From NCBI GenBank assembly GCA_965644315.1, contig CBFFRQ010000146.1, forward strand, positions 1 to 21,093: 21,093 bases of DNA, written 5' to 3'. The position numbers and the translations under genes are program-made. Below the pieces are notes generated by a model. That model had not been told where the DNA came from. It was given only the letters and a program-made list of their open reading frames with translations, and ran no database searches. How positions within the stretch are numbered: the first letter of the stretch is position 1; the number at the start of each line of letters is the position of its first letter. Below, in pieces: positions 1 through 12,500 of the stretch. The DNA comes from Caecitellus pseudoparvulus. Taxonomy: Eukaryota > Protista > Bigyra: Bicosoecida.

Positions 1-493
1 ATTTCCGGTTCTTCTCGCTTTTCTCGGCATGCTGCCTGACATGCCGCCGGGCATGGTGATGGGACGCGAACGTGACACTCCCGCCTTGCGCCATATTTTC
101 CCGAAACCCAAAATCAAATCCAGCCTGGCAATTGTGACAGTATCATTCCTCTCTCTTGCGCCTTGCGTGCACCTCAGAATCTCGCTTCACTTTTCTGTGT
201 TGGACGCAGCAAGCCGGGCTGCTCGAGTGCGGAAAGTACACCCAGCTCCCCGCCTGCCCTCGCCTCGCAGCATGGCTGGCGCGCGGTCAGGCATGTTCGA
301 GCTCGAGAAGGGTAAAGGAGAGCATGAGGAGCGCCCCATGAAGCCGCTTTCAGCCCCGCGAGGGTGCGGGAAGCACCGACAGCGTGCCGAGCTTGCCAAC
401 ACCGAGCCGATGGCGCAGCCTCGACACCAACGCACCTTCTCTCGGCATTGCGGCTGCATCAGCGATAACGAACTCGCGTGCCGCCAGGCTTAC

Positions 494-598
494 ATGCCCA
501 TAGAAGAGTTCCATGATAGCAAGCCATTGGCACTTCCGCAAACGGTGCCACTGCTCTGCGTGCTGGTTGTGGTGCTTCTGCCATCGCTCGCCTGGGCT
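494..598 (+). other. Predicted N-terminal signal peptide of the giant protein
   Basis: MPIEEFHDSKPLALPQTVPLLCVLVVVLLPSLAWA|QHCP has a hydrophobic core LLCVLVVVLL and an A-x-A cleavage motif directly before the first CTLD cysteine. Confidence 0.75.
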
Positions 599-3500
599 CA
601 ACATTGCCCTTCACCATTTACCCCAGTTTACCTCCCAACATATGGGAGGCACTGGTGCTTTCACAGGCACACTAACCTTATTTCTCGTGACTCCACACAA
701 TCTTACTGCCAAGGCATTGGCGGAGAGCTGGCAGCGTTCCACTCTCATGCTGGTGCGAACGCCACCGTGGAGCAAAGCGCAGTCTGGCCTCACCACCCTG
801 ACTTCCCATGCCATGCACAGACTTGACTGCGGTTGCAAGTGCACTGAACTTGGATGAAACTGATGAGTCTTGGATCTGGTTCAAGGTCACCAACACCGGG
901 AGCTCGTTTAACATGTACGTCCAAGTTGCCGATCTGCCGGCAGACGCACTACGATGCTCACACCCCTCCCCCCCATAAACACCACAGCGATTGTTCGCCT
1001 TATAATGGGGATCTTCATTGTGGTGGTGATGGCAATTGGATGCCCAACAACAATCGCTTCGATGCTCCGCCAGGGCAGCAAGAGTGCGGCATGGTGCTCC
1101 ACGACAACGGCTACTATGTCTTGACCGATAGAAACTGCGCCGAACCACACGACGGCATCTGCATGAAGCCGTACACCACCGCTTCACCAACTCCATCTCG
1201 AACCCCATCCCCTTCACGCACCCCGTCCCCTTCTCGCACGCCGACACCTACCGTCACTCCCCGGCCCTTCACCCAGCCGGCCCAGGACGCCCACGGCGCA
1301 GCCCACTGCCCGCCAGGCTTCAAGGCCCAATCCCCGTACTCTGGTGCGTGCTTCCACATTGGGCACAAGATCGAGTTCAAGTCCAAGGACGAGTCAGCGC
1401 GGGAGTGTGCCCAGCACTACCCTGGCGCCACCCTTTTTGCACCCAACTCGCACGCTGAGCTGCAGTGGTTCAAGACGCAGTTCCTGCAGCCCCGCATGCC
1501 GGCTCCCTACAACCAGTGGCACTTCTGGCTCAACGCTGAGCAGGATGTGACCCAGGGCAACAAGCAGGTGTGGGTCTCTGGCTCTGCAACTGGCGATGTG
1601 GACGACATGCTGGATGCAGGGAGCGGCAAGTGGACGTATGGGCCGCTTCCAGGCCACCCTTGCCTCCGCACGGAGCCATCATCCGACCTGCACTCTGCCT
1701 ACTGCAGCACCCCTGGCACTGCGACAGCCTGTGCCTATCGCCCCATCGGTTGCCCCGCTCGCTGGACTCCTCACGGCACAACGCTGACGTGCTGGATTCA
1801 CCTGGATGTCCTGCCCCCCGCCAAGTCCCTCGATTCCTGGGCATCCCTGCGCTCCCAGTGCCAAGGCGATGGCGGGGAGCTGGCCCACCCCACAGCCGAC
1901 TGGAAGGGCGGTACTGTGGGCTGGCCGTGGTTGGAGCATGTGGTGCTGCAGGACTTCAAGCCAGGGGCGCCTCGCGCTGGGCAAGGTGTTGCTGTGGGGG
2001 CTGCGTACAACGTGCAAAGCACTCGGTGGGAGTGGCTGGATGATGCTGGGACGCCTGTGCCAGCTGTGCTTTGGGCGCCATCACACCCGGACCTCGGCAT
2101 TGGCAGCTGCGCCAAGTACCAGAACGGCAAGTTGTACTCGGTGGACTGCACAGAGAAGGGACTGTTCGCAGATGGCGGCTTCGCCTGTGTTGCTCCGCCA
2201 CCGCACTGCCCAGATGGCGACACTGTCAGCCCCATCACAGGGCAGTGCATCAAGGTGATCACAACCACTGTCGCCAACCATGCAGACATCGATGCAGCGT
2301 GTGCAGCTGCTGTGCCACCTGGCAGCACACGCCAAGCAGCCCCTGCTCGTGTATGGAGCGATCTGGAGAGCAGGTGGTGGAACGCCCACGTGGACCACGT
2401 TCTGGGGCTGGGTGGCCCTGTGTGGACGGGTGGATACATCAGCAGTGGCACGTTGCACTGGCGAGATGGAGCAGGTGCCGTGGCTGCATTCTCTGTGGGT
2501 GTGTCCAACTCCAACTCCCTCGGCTTGGGAGACATCTCAGGCAGTGGAGACGGCTGCATCGGCACTTCGGACCACACTTCCAACTCCCTGTCAAGGCTCT
2601 CGTGCAGCACGCCAGCTTTCACCGCCTGTGAGATGCTGGGCACCTGTCCACCCGGCTGGTACCGCTCCCCCATCACGGGCACGTGCTTGCAACTTGTGGC
2701 AGGACCATCTTCCCTCTCAGCTTCTCGCTCTGCTTGTAAGGCTGTGCACCCTCGTGCCCAGCTGTGGAGCGCACACGACCCAGTGGAGCTGACCCTGGCA
2801 CACCACGTCTTTGGCGTCAGCGGCATCGGAAGCGGCGCATGGGTGGGAGTGCGTGCCAACCTGCGCAGTGGGGAGTTCGAGTGGGAAGACGGGGCAGATG
2901 CAGCTGGACTGTGGGTGAACACGGGCGCCCTTGCAAGCGATGGAGGGCGGTATGGCGAAGGCAGCTTGTGGGCTGTGGACTCAACCACTGGAGTGCCGCT
3001 GGCCGGCTTTGGCGGCGGGCGGTACGCTTACATGGACGCGGCTGGGCTGTTCCTGCGCACCACGTCCAACGCGAACACTGGGCGGGCATTCATCTGCGAG
3101 TACATCCCGCCCTGTGATCTGCAAACGGCACAAACGGTCGGCACCAACCCAGCCCTGCACAACTTCCACGCTCCTTCCAGCACCTGTGTTTTCACTGTGC
3201 CGGCGGGGGTGCACTTCATCCTCATCAAGGCGCGAGGTGCTGGAGGTGGATCGCACCTCATCCACACCCAGCCCGGCGGAGCGGGCGCATATGCCTCTGG
3301 CTACATTGCTGTCAAAGGCGGGGATGAGTTCATCGTGGAAGTGGGTGGGCACCGCATGGGATGGAACCACGCCAACGAGGCTGTTCTCGCGGTGGAGACG
3401 TCCAGCGCGTTCACGTACACCAACCTGCAGGGATCTGGCCTGGGCGGGCAGCGCTCTGGTGTCCTTGATGGCCGCAGGCTGCGTTCTGACGTGGCTGTTT

Positions 3501-6500
3501 CATACACGTCTGAGCTGCTCGTGGCAGGCGGAGGTGGAGGTGGTGGAACAGGCAAGGGAGGAGCAGGTGGTGCCCATGATGGAGGGGACGGAGAAGCAGG
3601 CCTGCAGTCCAAGTCGGGGTCGCACTTCTTGGTGGCGTACGGAGGACAGGGAGGCACGCTGGCCACGTCAAGCCTCGCAGGTTCCCTGCAAGACGCAGGC
3701 TTTGGCGCGGGTGGGATTTATCGTGGCACTGACCAACGTACGGTTGATAAGTGCCCATGGGGGGTGGGTGGTGGGCGAAACCGAGCTGGTGTGCCAGGTT
3801 GCACGGAGTTCCGGGTGCGCACCAGCGGAGGGCAGGGCGGCGGCGGGCACATGGGCGGAGGAGCTGGGTCAGCCGGTGGAGAAGGGGGCTTCCGCGCTGA
3901 AGGTCTTGCCAGCGTCGTGGGAGGTGGTGGAGGCGGCACAAGTTTCGCCTCGGATGCCCAAGTCCAGTTCGCGCAGCTGCTGGGCGGGTGGGAAGACATC
4001 CCCGCCTTCCCAACCGAAGTGCACCGCAGCGCCACAGGCGGTCGCGCCAAGCTACTGCGGGGGCACGTCATGATCCAGACCATTTCCCAACAAGCGCTCC
4101 AGTGCCCATTCGGGGCCCGCTATCGCATCGCCCAGCCAGGCGTGCACACCGTCACCTCGCCTGTCGGCGCCCTGGCGGCAGATGTGCGGCTGTACGGAGC
4201 AGGTGGCTCGCCTGGAGCGCTGGATGTGGGACTGTCCTCCCCTACATCGCCTGGCACCTGCTTGGGTGGACCAGGTGGCTTCTTCTACGGTCGCATGGAG
4301 ACTCTTCCAGCGACCAAGCTGGCGTTTGAAGTCGGCAAGCCTGGAGCACTGTTCGCCAGCTCCACAACGCTGAGCGGGGTTAACCTGGGGTATGGTGTGT
4401 CACCGATCCCGCTGGGAGATCCGTCCTTCTCAGCTAATGGCACAAAGGGCCACACGATCGGTTTTCCCATTGCTCCTGGAGGCGCAAGTCGCATCAATCG
4501 AGCTGGAGGCGGCCGCACGGCACTGTGGGATCCCACGCGCAGGGATGAGATTGCAGTCGTCGGTGGAGGTGGAGGCGGTGCATACGGCACTGCAGAGTGC
4601 TCTGCAGGTGGATCAGGAGGCGGCATTGTCGGCGGCACTGCGCCTTCCATTGGCTCAGGCCCCACAGCCGTGACGGGCGGCGAGGGTGCTTGGGGCGGCG
4701 GGCCAGGCATCGGTGGAGTTGCCACGACGCCCACGACAGGCAACCTGGGCCAAGGCGAAGATGGCGACCGCATTGCAGGCGGGGCGTACGACGGCACAGA
4801 TTGCAATGGCGCCACATGCGCCTCCTACGTCCCCAGTGGTGGGGACGGCTTCTACGGCGGCGGCACTGGCGCTGCCCGCACCTCCACAGCCATGACAGGC
4901 GGAGGGGGTGGCGCGGGCTTCTACCTGACTGACTGGATGTTGACCGAGGACGGACACCCAACGCCTGTGCTGGAACAAATGGGGCAGACTGTGTCCACGC
5001 CCCAGCCTGACACGTACGCTGGCGCCCCTGGCATCGCCGGCGCAGTGGACGTCAGCTTCCGCTGCACTCGGTGTGTGGAGGAGGACAGCTGCTCCATCCT
5101 GGACTTCTACGGCGAGCGCCAGTGCTACCCGTACCTGTCTGACAAGCCGCGGGAGTTCCCAGAAGATGTGCACTCCTCGTGCTACTGGTGCGACCCCGCA
5201 GGTCCTGGCGCCTTCATGATGTGGAGCCAGAAGGGCGTCGGCACCGCCTGCAACGACGATCTCGCCTGCACCTTCCGGGATAACTGCACTTCCAACGGTC
5301 TGTGCCAGGGCCAGCTGTACAAGACCTGCCTCATGGAGGAGTGGACCGACGACCCAGCGCAAGATTGCGAAGTGTGCGACGGCTTGGGGGGCTGCAACTT
5401 GGCGCCAGGCTACACAGGAGGCGTGAAGTCGCTACCGGGTGGGGGGAAGACGTGTGCCTGCGACATTGGTGGCACTCTGTACGCTCATGGGGAGGTGAAC
5501 CCCGCCCAGCCCGAGTGCCAGTACTGCGATGTTATCAAGGACCCAGCTGGCTGGAGCAATCGCCCCAACGACCTCGCATGCAATGACACGGATGCTTGCA
5601 GCTACGATGATCAGTGTGTGTCTGGCATTTGCATGGGCACACCGTACACGTGTGACGCCCAGGACTGCCACGTGTCGTACACTTGCAATGGGGACGGCGG
5701 CTGTGACGAGGTGCGGTATCAGCCCGAGGATGACCACCACTGCAACCAAGGGCGCGTGTCCGAGTGCCGCCTGGCCCCCACTTGTGACGGTACTCGTGCA
5801 ACGTGCCCAGGGTACTCGGCTGCACAGCCGCTGCAGTTCCCCTATGTAGCCTTTGGCGCAGTGTCCTCCCTGTACACGACCCATGACCCACAGAAGACGT
5901 ACTCTGCGCTGTCCACTCAGCTGCGAGGCGCGTCAACAGTGCATGCTGGCATGGCGGTGAAAATCGCAGACTTCGATGTGCGCTGTGACAGCTTGACGGC
6001 TCGACTGGGCCTGCAGCGCATCTCCACTGCGTCAGACATTGCCAGCTGCAGCGGCTTCTACACTGACGGAGATGCCACTGGCACGATGCTGCAGTGCCCA
6101 AGCGGGTATGAGTTGATCCTCGGCGCGAATGGCACGCTTCCTTCCTGCATCAAGTACGTGAGCAGTCCAGCGTCTTGGGCAGCGGCTCAAGCTTCGTGTG
6201 CGGCAGAAGGGGGCTGGTTGGCCAGCACAGCGCTGCACGATGACGTCAAGCGGGAGACGGTTAGTTCGCGGTGTTTCGCCGCGGACATGGCGTGCTGGCT
6301 TGGTATGAGTTTGCAGGCGCCGAGCACATGGAGCGCCAGCCAGCTGACGCCGCTGAGCCCTGGCGACACGGCAAGCATGCTGCCGCTCCAAAATGCTGCT
6401 GACTTGACTAGTGCCGCACCAGGGACTTCCTTCGGCCTGGCGTCAGGCGTGGAGGGCTTTGACACGGCGAGTCTGAACGTCGGCGTCCAAGTGCAGCCAG

Positions 6501-9500
6501 TTGGGAACGCGCTGCCGTTCCTGTGTGAAACTGGCGTGCGCAACTGCCCCCCTGGCTTCCACCTGATGCCTGGAGCAGACGGTGTGCCCAAGTGCCTGGG
6601 AACAACTGCCTCACCTGTCAGCCTGTCTGGCGCCCGTGCAGGGTGTGAGAGCGTGGGCGGACTGCCGTTCGCTGGTATTGGACTGAGCACTCTGGAGATG
6701 GCAGCCGCATCCCGTGCATGTGGAGAGGCAGGGGCACATTGCTGGCTGGGGCTGCAACGACAGGTGTCTGAACCTGCAGGGGCTTCTTCGTGGCTGGCTG
6801 ACACTGGCGGGCATGCCGTGCATCAGTTCCCGATCGGCCCGATTGCTCCGCTGGACACCCCTGCTGGAGCTTGGCTGGTGCGGTGGCGAGACGCCACTGC
6901 TGCCTCCAACGCAGCCAACTCAGCCAGCACAGCAGGCATGACACTGCACGCAGTCGATGGCGTAGTGGACTTCCAGTCGTCTGTGAGCGCAAGCTTCCCA
7001 GCCATGTGCGAGGCCCCTGTGTTCGGGTGTCCAGCTGGGCACATCTTGGTCACTCTCAGCGCAGGTGAGATGGCCTGTGCCTTCACCAGCGCTGCCACGA
7101 CCGAAGGCGACGTCGCCGACGTGCAGTGTGCGCTCGGCGGAGGCGTCGCGCTCCCCGTGCCATCTCAGGCTGTGCTGCATGCCCTCGCGGCGCTGTGCCC
7201 AACTGACATCTCACCCTGCTGGACAGGGCTGTCAGATCGCGTGGAACGGGGCACTTGGGTGAGCAAGTTCAGCCCGCACCAGCTCGGCACTGCCGCCCAA
7301 GTAGCTTCACGCTGGCCGTGGACAGCAGACCCGAACGCGGTGCCCGATCTGGACTGTGCTGCCATGCAGGCCAGCGCCACGGCTGCGCCTCGCCTGACTG
7401 CCATGGACTGCTCCACACCTCGACGGGCTGTGTGCACTCGTCCGCCTCAGCAATGCCCTCCAGGACACTACGTCAGCGTGACGTGGGCTCTGGACACCAG
7501 CCTCGCCGCGGCAGGTGTGCGCATGCCGACGTACTCCTGTGTTCACGCCGTCACGGCAGCCAGCGCTGCGCTGCGAGACACGCTGCCAGCTCGAGCCAAC
7601 CCTCGCAGTGTGTGGGTGACGCAGCTGGCGCCACTGGTCGTGCAGAGGGCGCGCACTGAAGTTGCCAAGCGGGCCCCGACGCTGGGCTTCGAGCGCCTGG
7701 GCCAGCCCAATCCGCTCATCATGCAGATGCCTCGGTCTCTGGCACTGACGCAGGGCGTGCAGTACAAGTGGGTGCTGGACACACGCACAGTGGAAGGCAA
7801 CGCAGCAGCGGTGTGCTCCCAGCCCTTCACGGTGGATGTGACGCCCCCTGTGCTGCTTCCTGACGCCCCCACCGCGAGCCCACGAGGCGGTGTGCGCGAG
7901 GTGGACATCGCAACGTACCAGTTCAACATCCAGGACGACACAGCAGACATCGACTACACCGGCGTGAACGTGCCGTCCTGGCAGTGGAACGGCTTCCAGG
8001 ACGCCGAAAGCACGGAAGGCGGCCTCCTCGCGTACCAATTCTGCCGCACAGTCGGCACGGCAGACGCCAGCACGTGCAACCCTCTGGACACAGGCGTGCC
8101 GCTGGGGCAGTGGCGGGACGTGGAGCCGTTTGGCGTGCACAGCCTGCCGCAGGACACCATGACCCACGGCCAGCAGTACTTCGTGCACATGAAGGCCACA
8201 AACAAAGCGGGGCTGTTCCGCGTCTCGAGCTCAGATGGCGTCATCTTCGACGCCACGCCGCCCACGCTGCAGAAGCCTCGCGACGGGCCACAAGCCGGCC
8301 CCTTGACATCCGCTGACATCGGAGGAGACGGCTCCACGAACGATCTGGACTTCACCTCCAGCACGACCACCTTCACTGTGCACTGGCCAGAGTTCACAGA
8401 AGACGTGTCTCCGCTGGTGAAGTACGAAGTTGGCCTTGGCTCGGTGCTGGGGCGGCCAGTGGACAACATCGCAGCCACCATCGACGTGGGCCTGGCGCGG
8501 GAACACACGTTCACAGTGCCCGTCGCTGTCCGCACTGGCACGTATGTGTACGCTTCTGTGACAGCCACGAATGCGGCTGGGCTGAAAACGACTGGGCTGT
8601 CTGATGGCATTCTTGTAGACACAGCCATGCCCGACGTATCCCTCTCTGTTCTGGCAGCGCCAGGGTCGGCTTGGGCTGGCTATGGCATTCCCGCCTTGCT
8701 GGGCAAGCCAGACAGCTTCAACGCCACCCAGCACGCTGTGCAGTCCGTGGCGAGTACGACATCCATGCGAGTCGCTATCACTTTCGCCGACACGGATGCG
8801 GGCTTCTCTGCCTGCCGAGTGGCCGCTGGAACTGAGGAGTCCCCCACTGCTCACTCATCCTTCACTGTGGCACAGTCAGAGGTGAGCAGGTTCAGCCTGC
8901 ATGGCCTGCTGGTGCTGCGCCAAACGTTCACTGTGACCTTCGCCTCGCCACTCCCCGATGCCACCAAGGTGCACATGCGTGCCAGGTGCCTGGACCGTGC
9001 AGGAAACGCGGGCCTGTCTGAGTCCGTGCCGCTTGACATCGAGACCAGCCGCCCATCAGCTGCCGCCGCGTACGTGAACGACGTGGACGCCACACGCGAC
9101 CTTGATGCGGACCAAGACGGGCATGCTCAGCCCATTCTGGAGGCTGTCTGGGGCGGCTTCGACGCAGGCAAGGCATCCATTGTGTCGTACCTGTGGGGCA
9201 TCTCCAGCTCAGCGCCTGGGCCAGGTCCAGACCTGTCGGCCCATCCACTGGATGTGCTGCCGCTGACGTACGTGAGCTCCAACACGACTGCCAAGACGAA
9301 CCCCGCTGCCGTCGTGCCAGCCCATGGCACGACGTACTACGTCGTGGTTCGTGCCGTGGCCTCCAATGGCCTGTTTGTGGATGTCGCCTCAGATGGCGTG
9401 GTGTTTGACGGCACTGCTCCGGAGCCTGCTCCAGGTGGGGCTGTTCGAGACGCCGTGCCTGGCGTGACGGGTGAAGCCGCCTTCACTGCCTCAGCGAGCG

Positions 9501-12500
9501 AGATGCGCGGGACCTGGGATGCCTTTGTGGAAGATGTGGGGGCGGTGGCCAAGTACCAGTACGCTGTGCGTTGGTGCGACAACGGCGACGTGGACAGCCG
9601 GGATGTGCGGGACTGGACCGATGTGCCAGGGGCGACAGTGACCACCTTGCATGCGACTGGCCTGGACCTCACCAGCGGCCTTCGCTACTGCTTGCAGATC
9701 CGGGCCGTGAACAACGTCGGCAACCCATCTGCCCTGCTGGAGTCTGATGGTGTGATGGTGGACACGAGCCCGCCAGTGGCAGGCCCAGTGTGGAACACCC
9801 TCACCACCTTCGTGGATGCGCCGTACCAAAGCCACAAGGACAACGTCAGTGCCAGCTGGCAGTGGACGGCGGCGCCGGCCTTCAGCGCGTGGGTGGATGA
9901 GGAGTCAGGGCTGGACTCCTTTGCCTGCTGTGTTGGGACCAGTGTGGACACTTGTGATGTGGCACCATTCAGCAGCGTCGGCCTCGCGACCTCCTGCTCT
10001 GTCCCTGCTGCGCTCGTGAACGGGGAAAAGTACTACGTTAGGGTGCGCATGACGAACCGTGCGGGGCTGAGCTCTGTGGCCCCTGCGGCAGGTGTGGTCG
10101 TTGACAGCACCGGCGCAGTGCAGGTGGATGGACGGGGCGTGCTCGTGGAGCCGGAGCCTTCCCCTGTCCTGGCCACATACACCAGCTCGGACAAGCACCT
10201 GGAAGTTGAGTGGAGTGTGCTGTCCAACACCCTGGCGCCACCTGGGGAGACCTGGACCAGCACGGGGGACACTGAGAACGGCACAGCTGTGCCGCACTTC
10301 ACCTTCCAGTGGGCCCTGGGCACTGCTGCTGGGGTTGGGGACGTGAAGGCGCTGACTGATGTGGGCACAGCCACACATGCCAGCGTGTACGGCCTGACCC
10401 TCACGCCTGGGACACAGTTCACTGTAACCGTGGTTGCTCGCGCTGGCACGGCCACTCGTGTGCACTACGCGCACTTCACGCCTGACGTGACGGCATCTGC
10501 CCCCTCCAACGTTTCCATCTCCCACGCCATCAACTTGGCCGCTGCAGGGTTGCCTAAAGTCTTGTACGTGGCGTCACTGAACACCGTGGCTGCGACGTGG
10601 GGCGCCTTTGAAGATGCTGAATCAGACGCAACCCTGACAACCTACACGGCTGCGCTTGGAACACGGCCGTATGGCCAGCAAGTGCGGGTGTTCGAAGACC
10701 AGAAACACTCGCGCAATGTGACCTTCTCAGACTTGGAGCTGGTGCAAGGGCAGGAGTACCACCTCTCCCTCGTGGGGCTGAACGCAGCTGGACACGCCAG
10801 CACGACGGTGTCCAGGATCGTCATCCCTGACGTCACGCCACCTCTCCCAGGCAGTGTCTGGGACGGCGAGAGCAGTGACTTGACATTCACCAGCACCGAT
10901 ACTGCATATGCCTGCTCCTGGAGCGGCTTCCGAGACGACGTGTCCCCCATCGCGCACTACTCCATCGTGCTGAAGCTGGGCTCCAGCGAGGGGGCAGCTG
11001 CCGCTGGGCCAGCGCTGGTCCCAGTCTCCAGCCCCACCACACACACCTTCACCTTCCCCCCAGGCAGTGAATTGCTCAATCAGCAGCGCTACACGTGCTC
11101 TGTGACGGCTGTGAACGCTGCGGGGCTGAGCACCACGGTGTACTCAAACGGCGCTGCCGTCATCACGAGCGGACCCACAGGCGGCACAGTGTGGGACTCA
11201 CCGCATCCAGGAGTGGACGATGCGTTCACACCTGACTGCTCCCTTGTGCAGGCGTCATGGGGTGACTTCTTCGACGCAGCAGGCGTGAGCAAGTACGAGT
11301 GGTGTGCGGGGGACGCCCCTGGGCAGTGTGGCATCGTGCCTCGCAGCTCGGTCGGGCGCCGCACCTTCGCACAAGCTCGCAAGCTGGCCTTGCAGCCAGG
11401 CCAGGCTGTGTTCGCCACAGTGTGGGCCACAAACGCGGCTGGCCTCGTGACGGAGGTGTCGTCTGACGGCATCGTCTGTGACAACAGCGCGCCTGACGTG
11501 GCTCATGACATCCGCCTGCAGAGTGCGCTCCTGGGCATCATCCCAGTCAGCTCTGACCGCACAACGTGCGGATGTGTTCAGGAGCATGCCGTGTTCGTCC
11601 CCGACTTTACCGCAGGTGGTGGCATGTGCGTGTGTGGGGCAGGGTACGAGCTGAACGCCTTGACGGGCGCTTGCGAGCCGTGTGCTGGTGGTTGCAGTGC
11701 TGGCCCAGGCGTGCCACCTCCGCCCACTGCCCCTGGGACGTGTGCTCCAGGCACCTTCAGCCAAAGCGGTACCTGCACGCCTTGTCCAGCAGGCACCTTC
11801 AAAGCTGGCACAGGGGACTCCCTCAGTCTCTGCTTGCCCTGCTCTGTGCCTGGGCGAGGCGTCAGTCCAGCCCTGGCACTGAACGTGACAGCTGCTTCCG
11901 ACAGCCAAGCGGCCCTTGCGACCATGCTGCACGCCATGGGCTCCAGTCTTGGCGGGCAGCAGGTGCTGCGGGCAGATGGCTCTGCGGTGGTCTTGGCCCC
12001 TGGCGCAGACGTGAGCAGCATTCCCCTCCTGTTGCCTGGGCTTGGAGCACTGCAGCACGGCCAGCGTGGCTACTCTGGGGTTGCACTGGGCAACTCCGCT
12101 GGTCGCGTGTCCAGCATTGCCGTGATTGCTCCGGCTGTGGATGCCACTCCACCCAAGGTGCAGGCGGTGTGGGACGTGGCGGGGCTCGCGCCAGGTGCAC
12201 TTGCACAGCGTGTGTCTGCCACGGCAGACGCGCAGCTCGTGGCTGGCGGCACCGCGACCATGGCTTGGCTGCGTGCACGAGACGCCGAGAGCGACATTGT
12301 CCAAGTGCAGTGTGGATGGGGCAGCACGCCTGGTGCAGCTGATATTGTGCCCCTATCTGACGCGAACGTGGGGGTGGGGGCCAGTGCAGGGAATTGCTCG
12401 GCGCCACTGCCCAGCGGCACGTCTGGGTGGGTGCACGGCTTGCTGCGACTGGTGAGCAGTGCGGGGCTGGTGTCAGACACGGCAACGAGCGGCTTCGTCG

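Larger units (their letters stand above)
602..3103 (+). other. N-terminal array of five C-type-lectin-like domains (approx. 602-1170, 1304-1742, 1748-2195, 2204-2636, 2642-3103)
   Basis: Each unit begins with C-P-x-G-[FWY]-like...C, has a C...[GA]xL helix pair and a W-[LTVI]-[GNW]-type strand, and ends C...[FT]-[AI]-C-E/x. An example is CPPGWYRSPITGTCLQL...SRSACKAVHPRAQL...AWVGVR...FEWEDG...FICE. Confidence 0.8.

Noticed and set aside
1-94. Possible start of a divergent minus-strand gene (ATG at 94, MAQGGSVTF...)
   Set aside because: Only ~31 codons are visible and no motif is recognisable, so it cannot be supported.
29-493. 5' part of ORF 29..826 as coding
   Set aside because: It has no recognisable features and would bury the signal peptide ~155 aa inside the protein. 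It is more likely promoter or 5' UTR.
854-987. ORF-track start of the 4986-aa protein (MKLMSLG...)
   Set aside because: This frame crosses exon 2 out of frame and then intron 2. The spliced model restores the signal peptide and a coherent CTLD.
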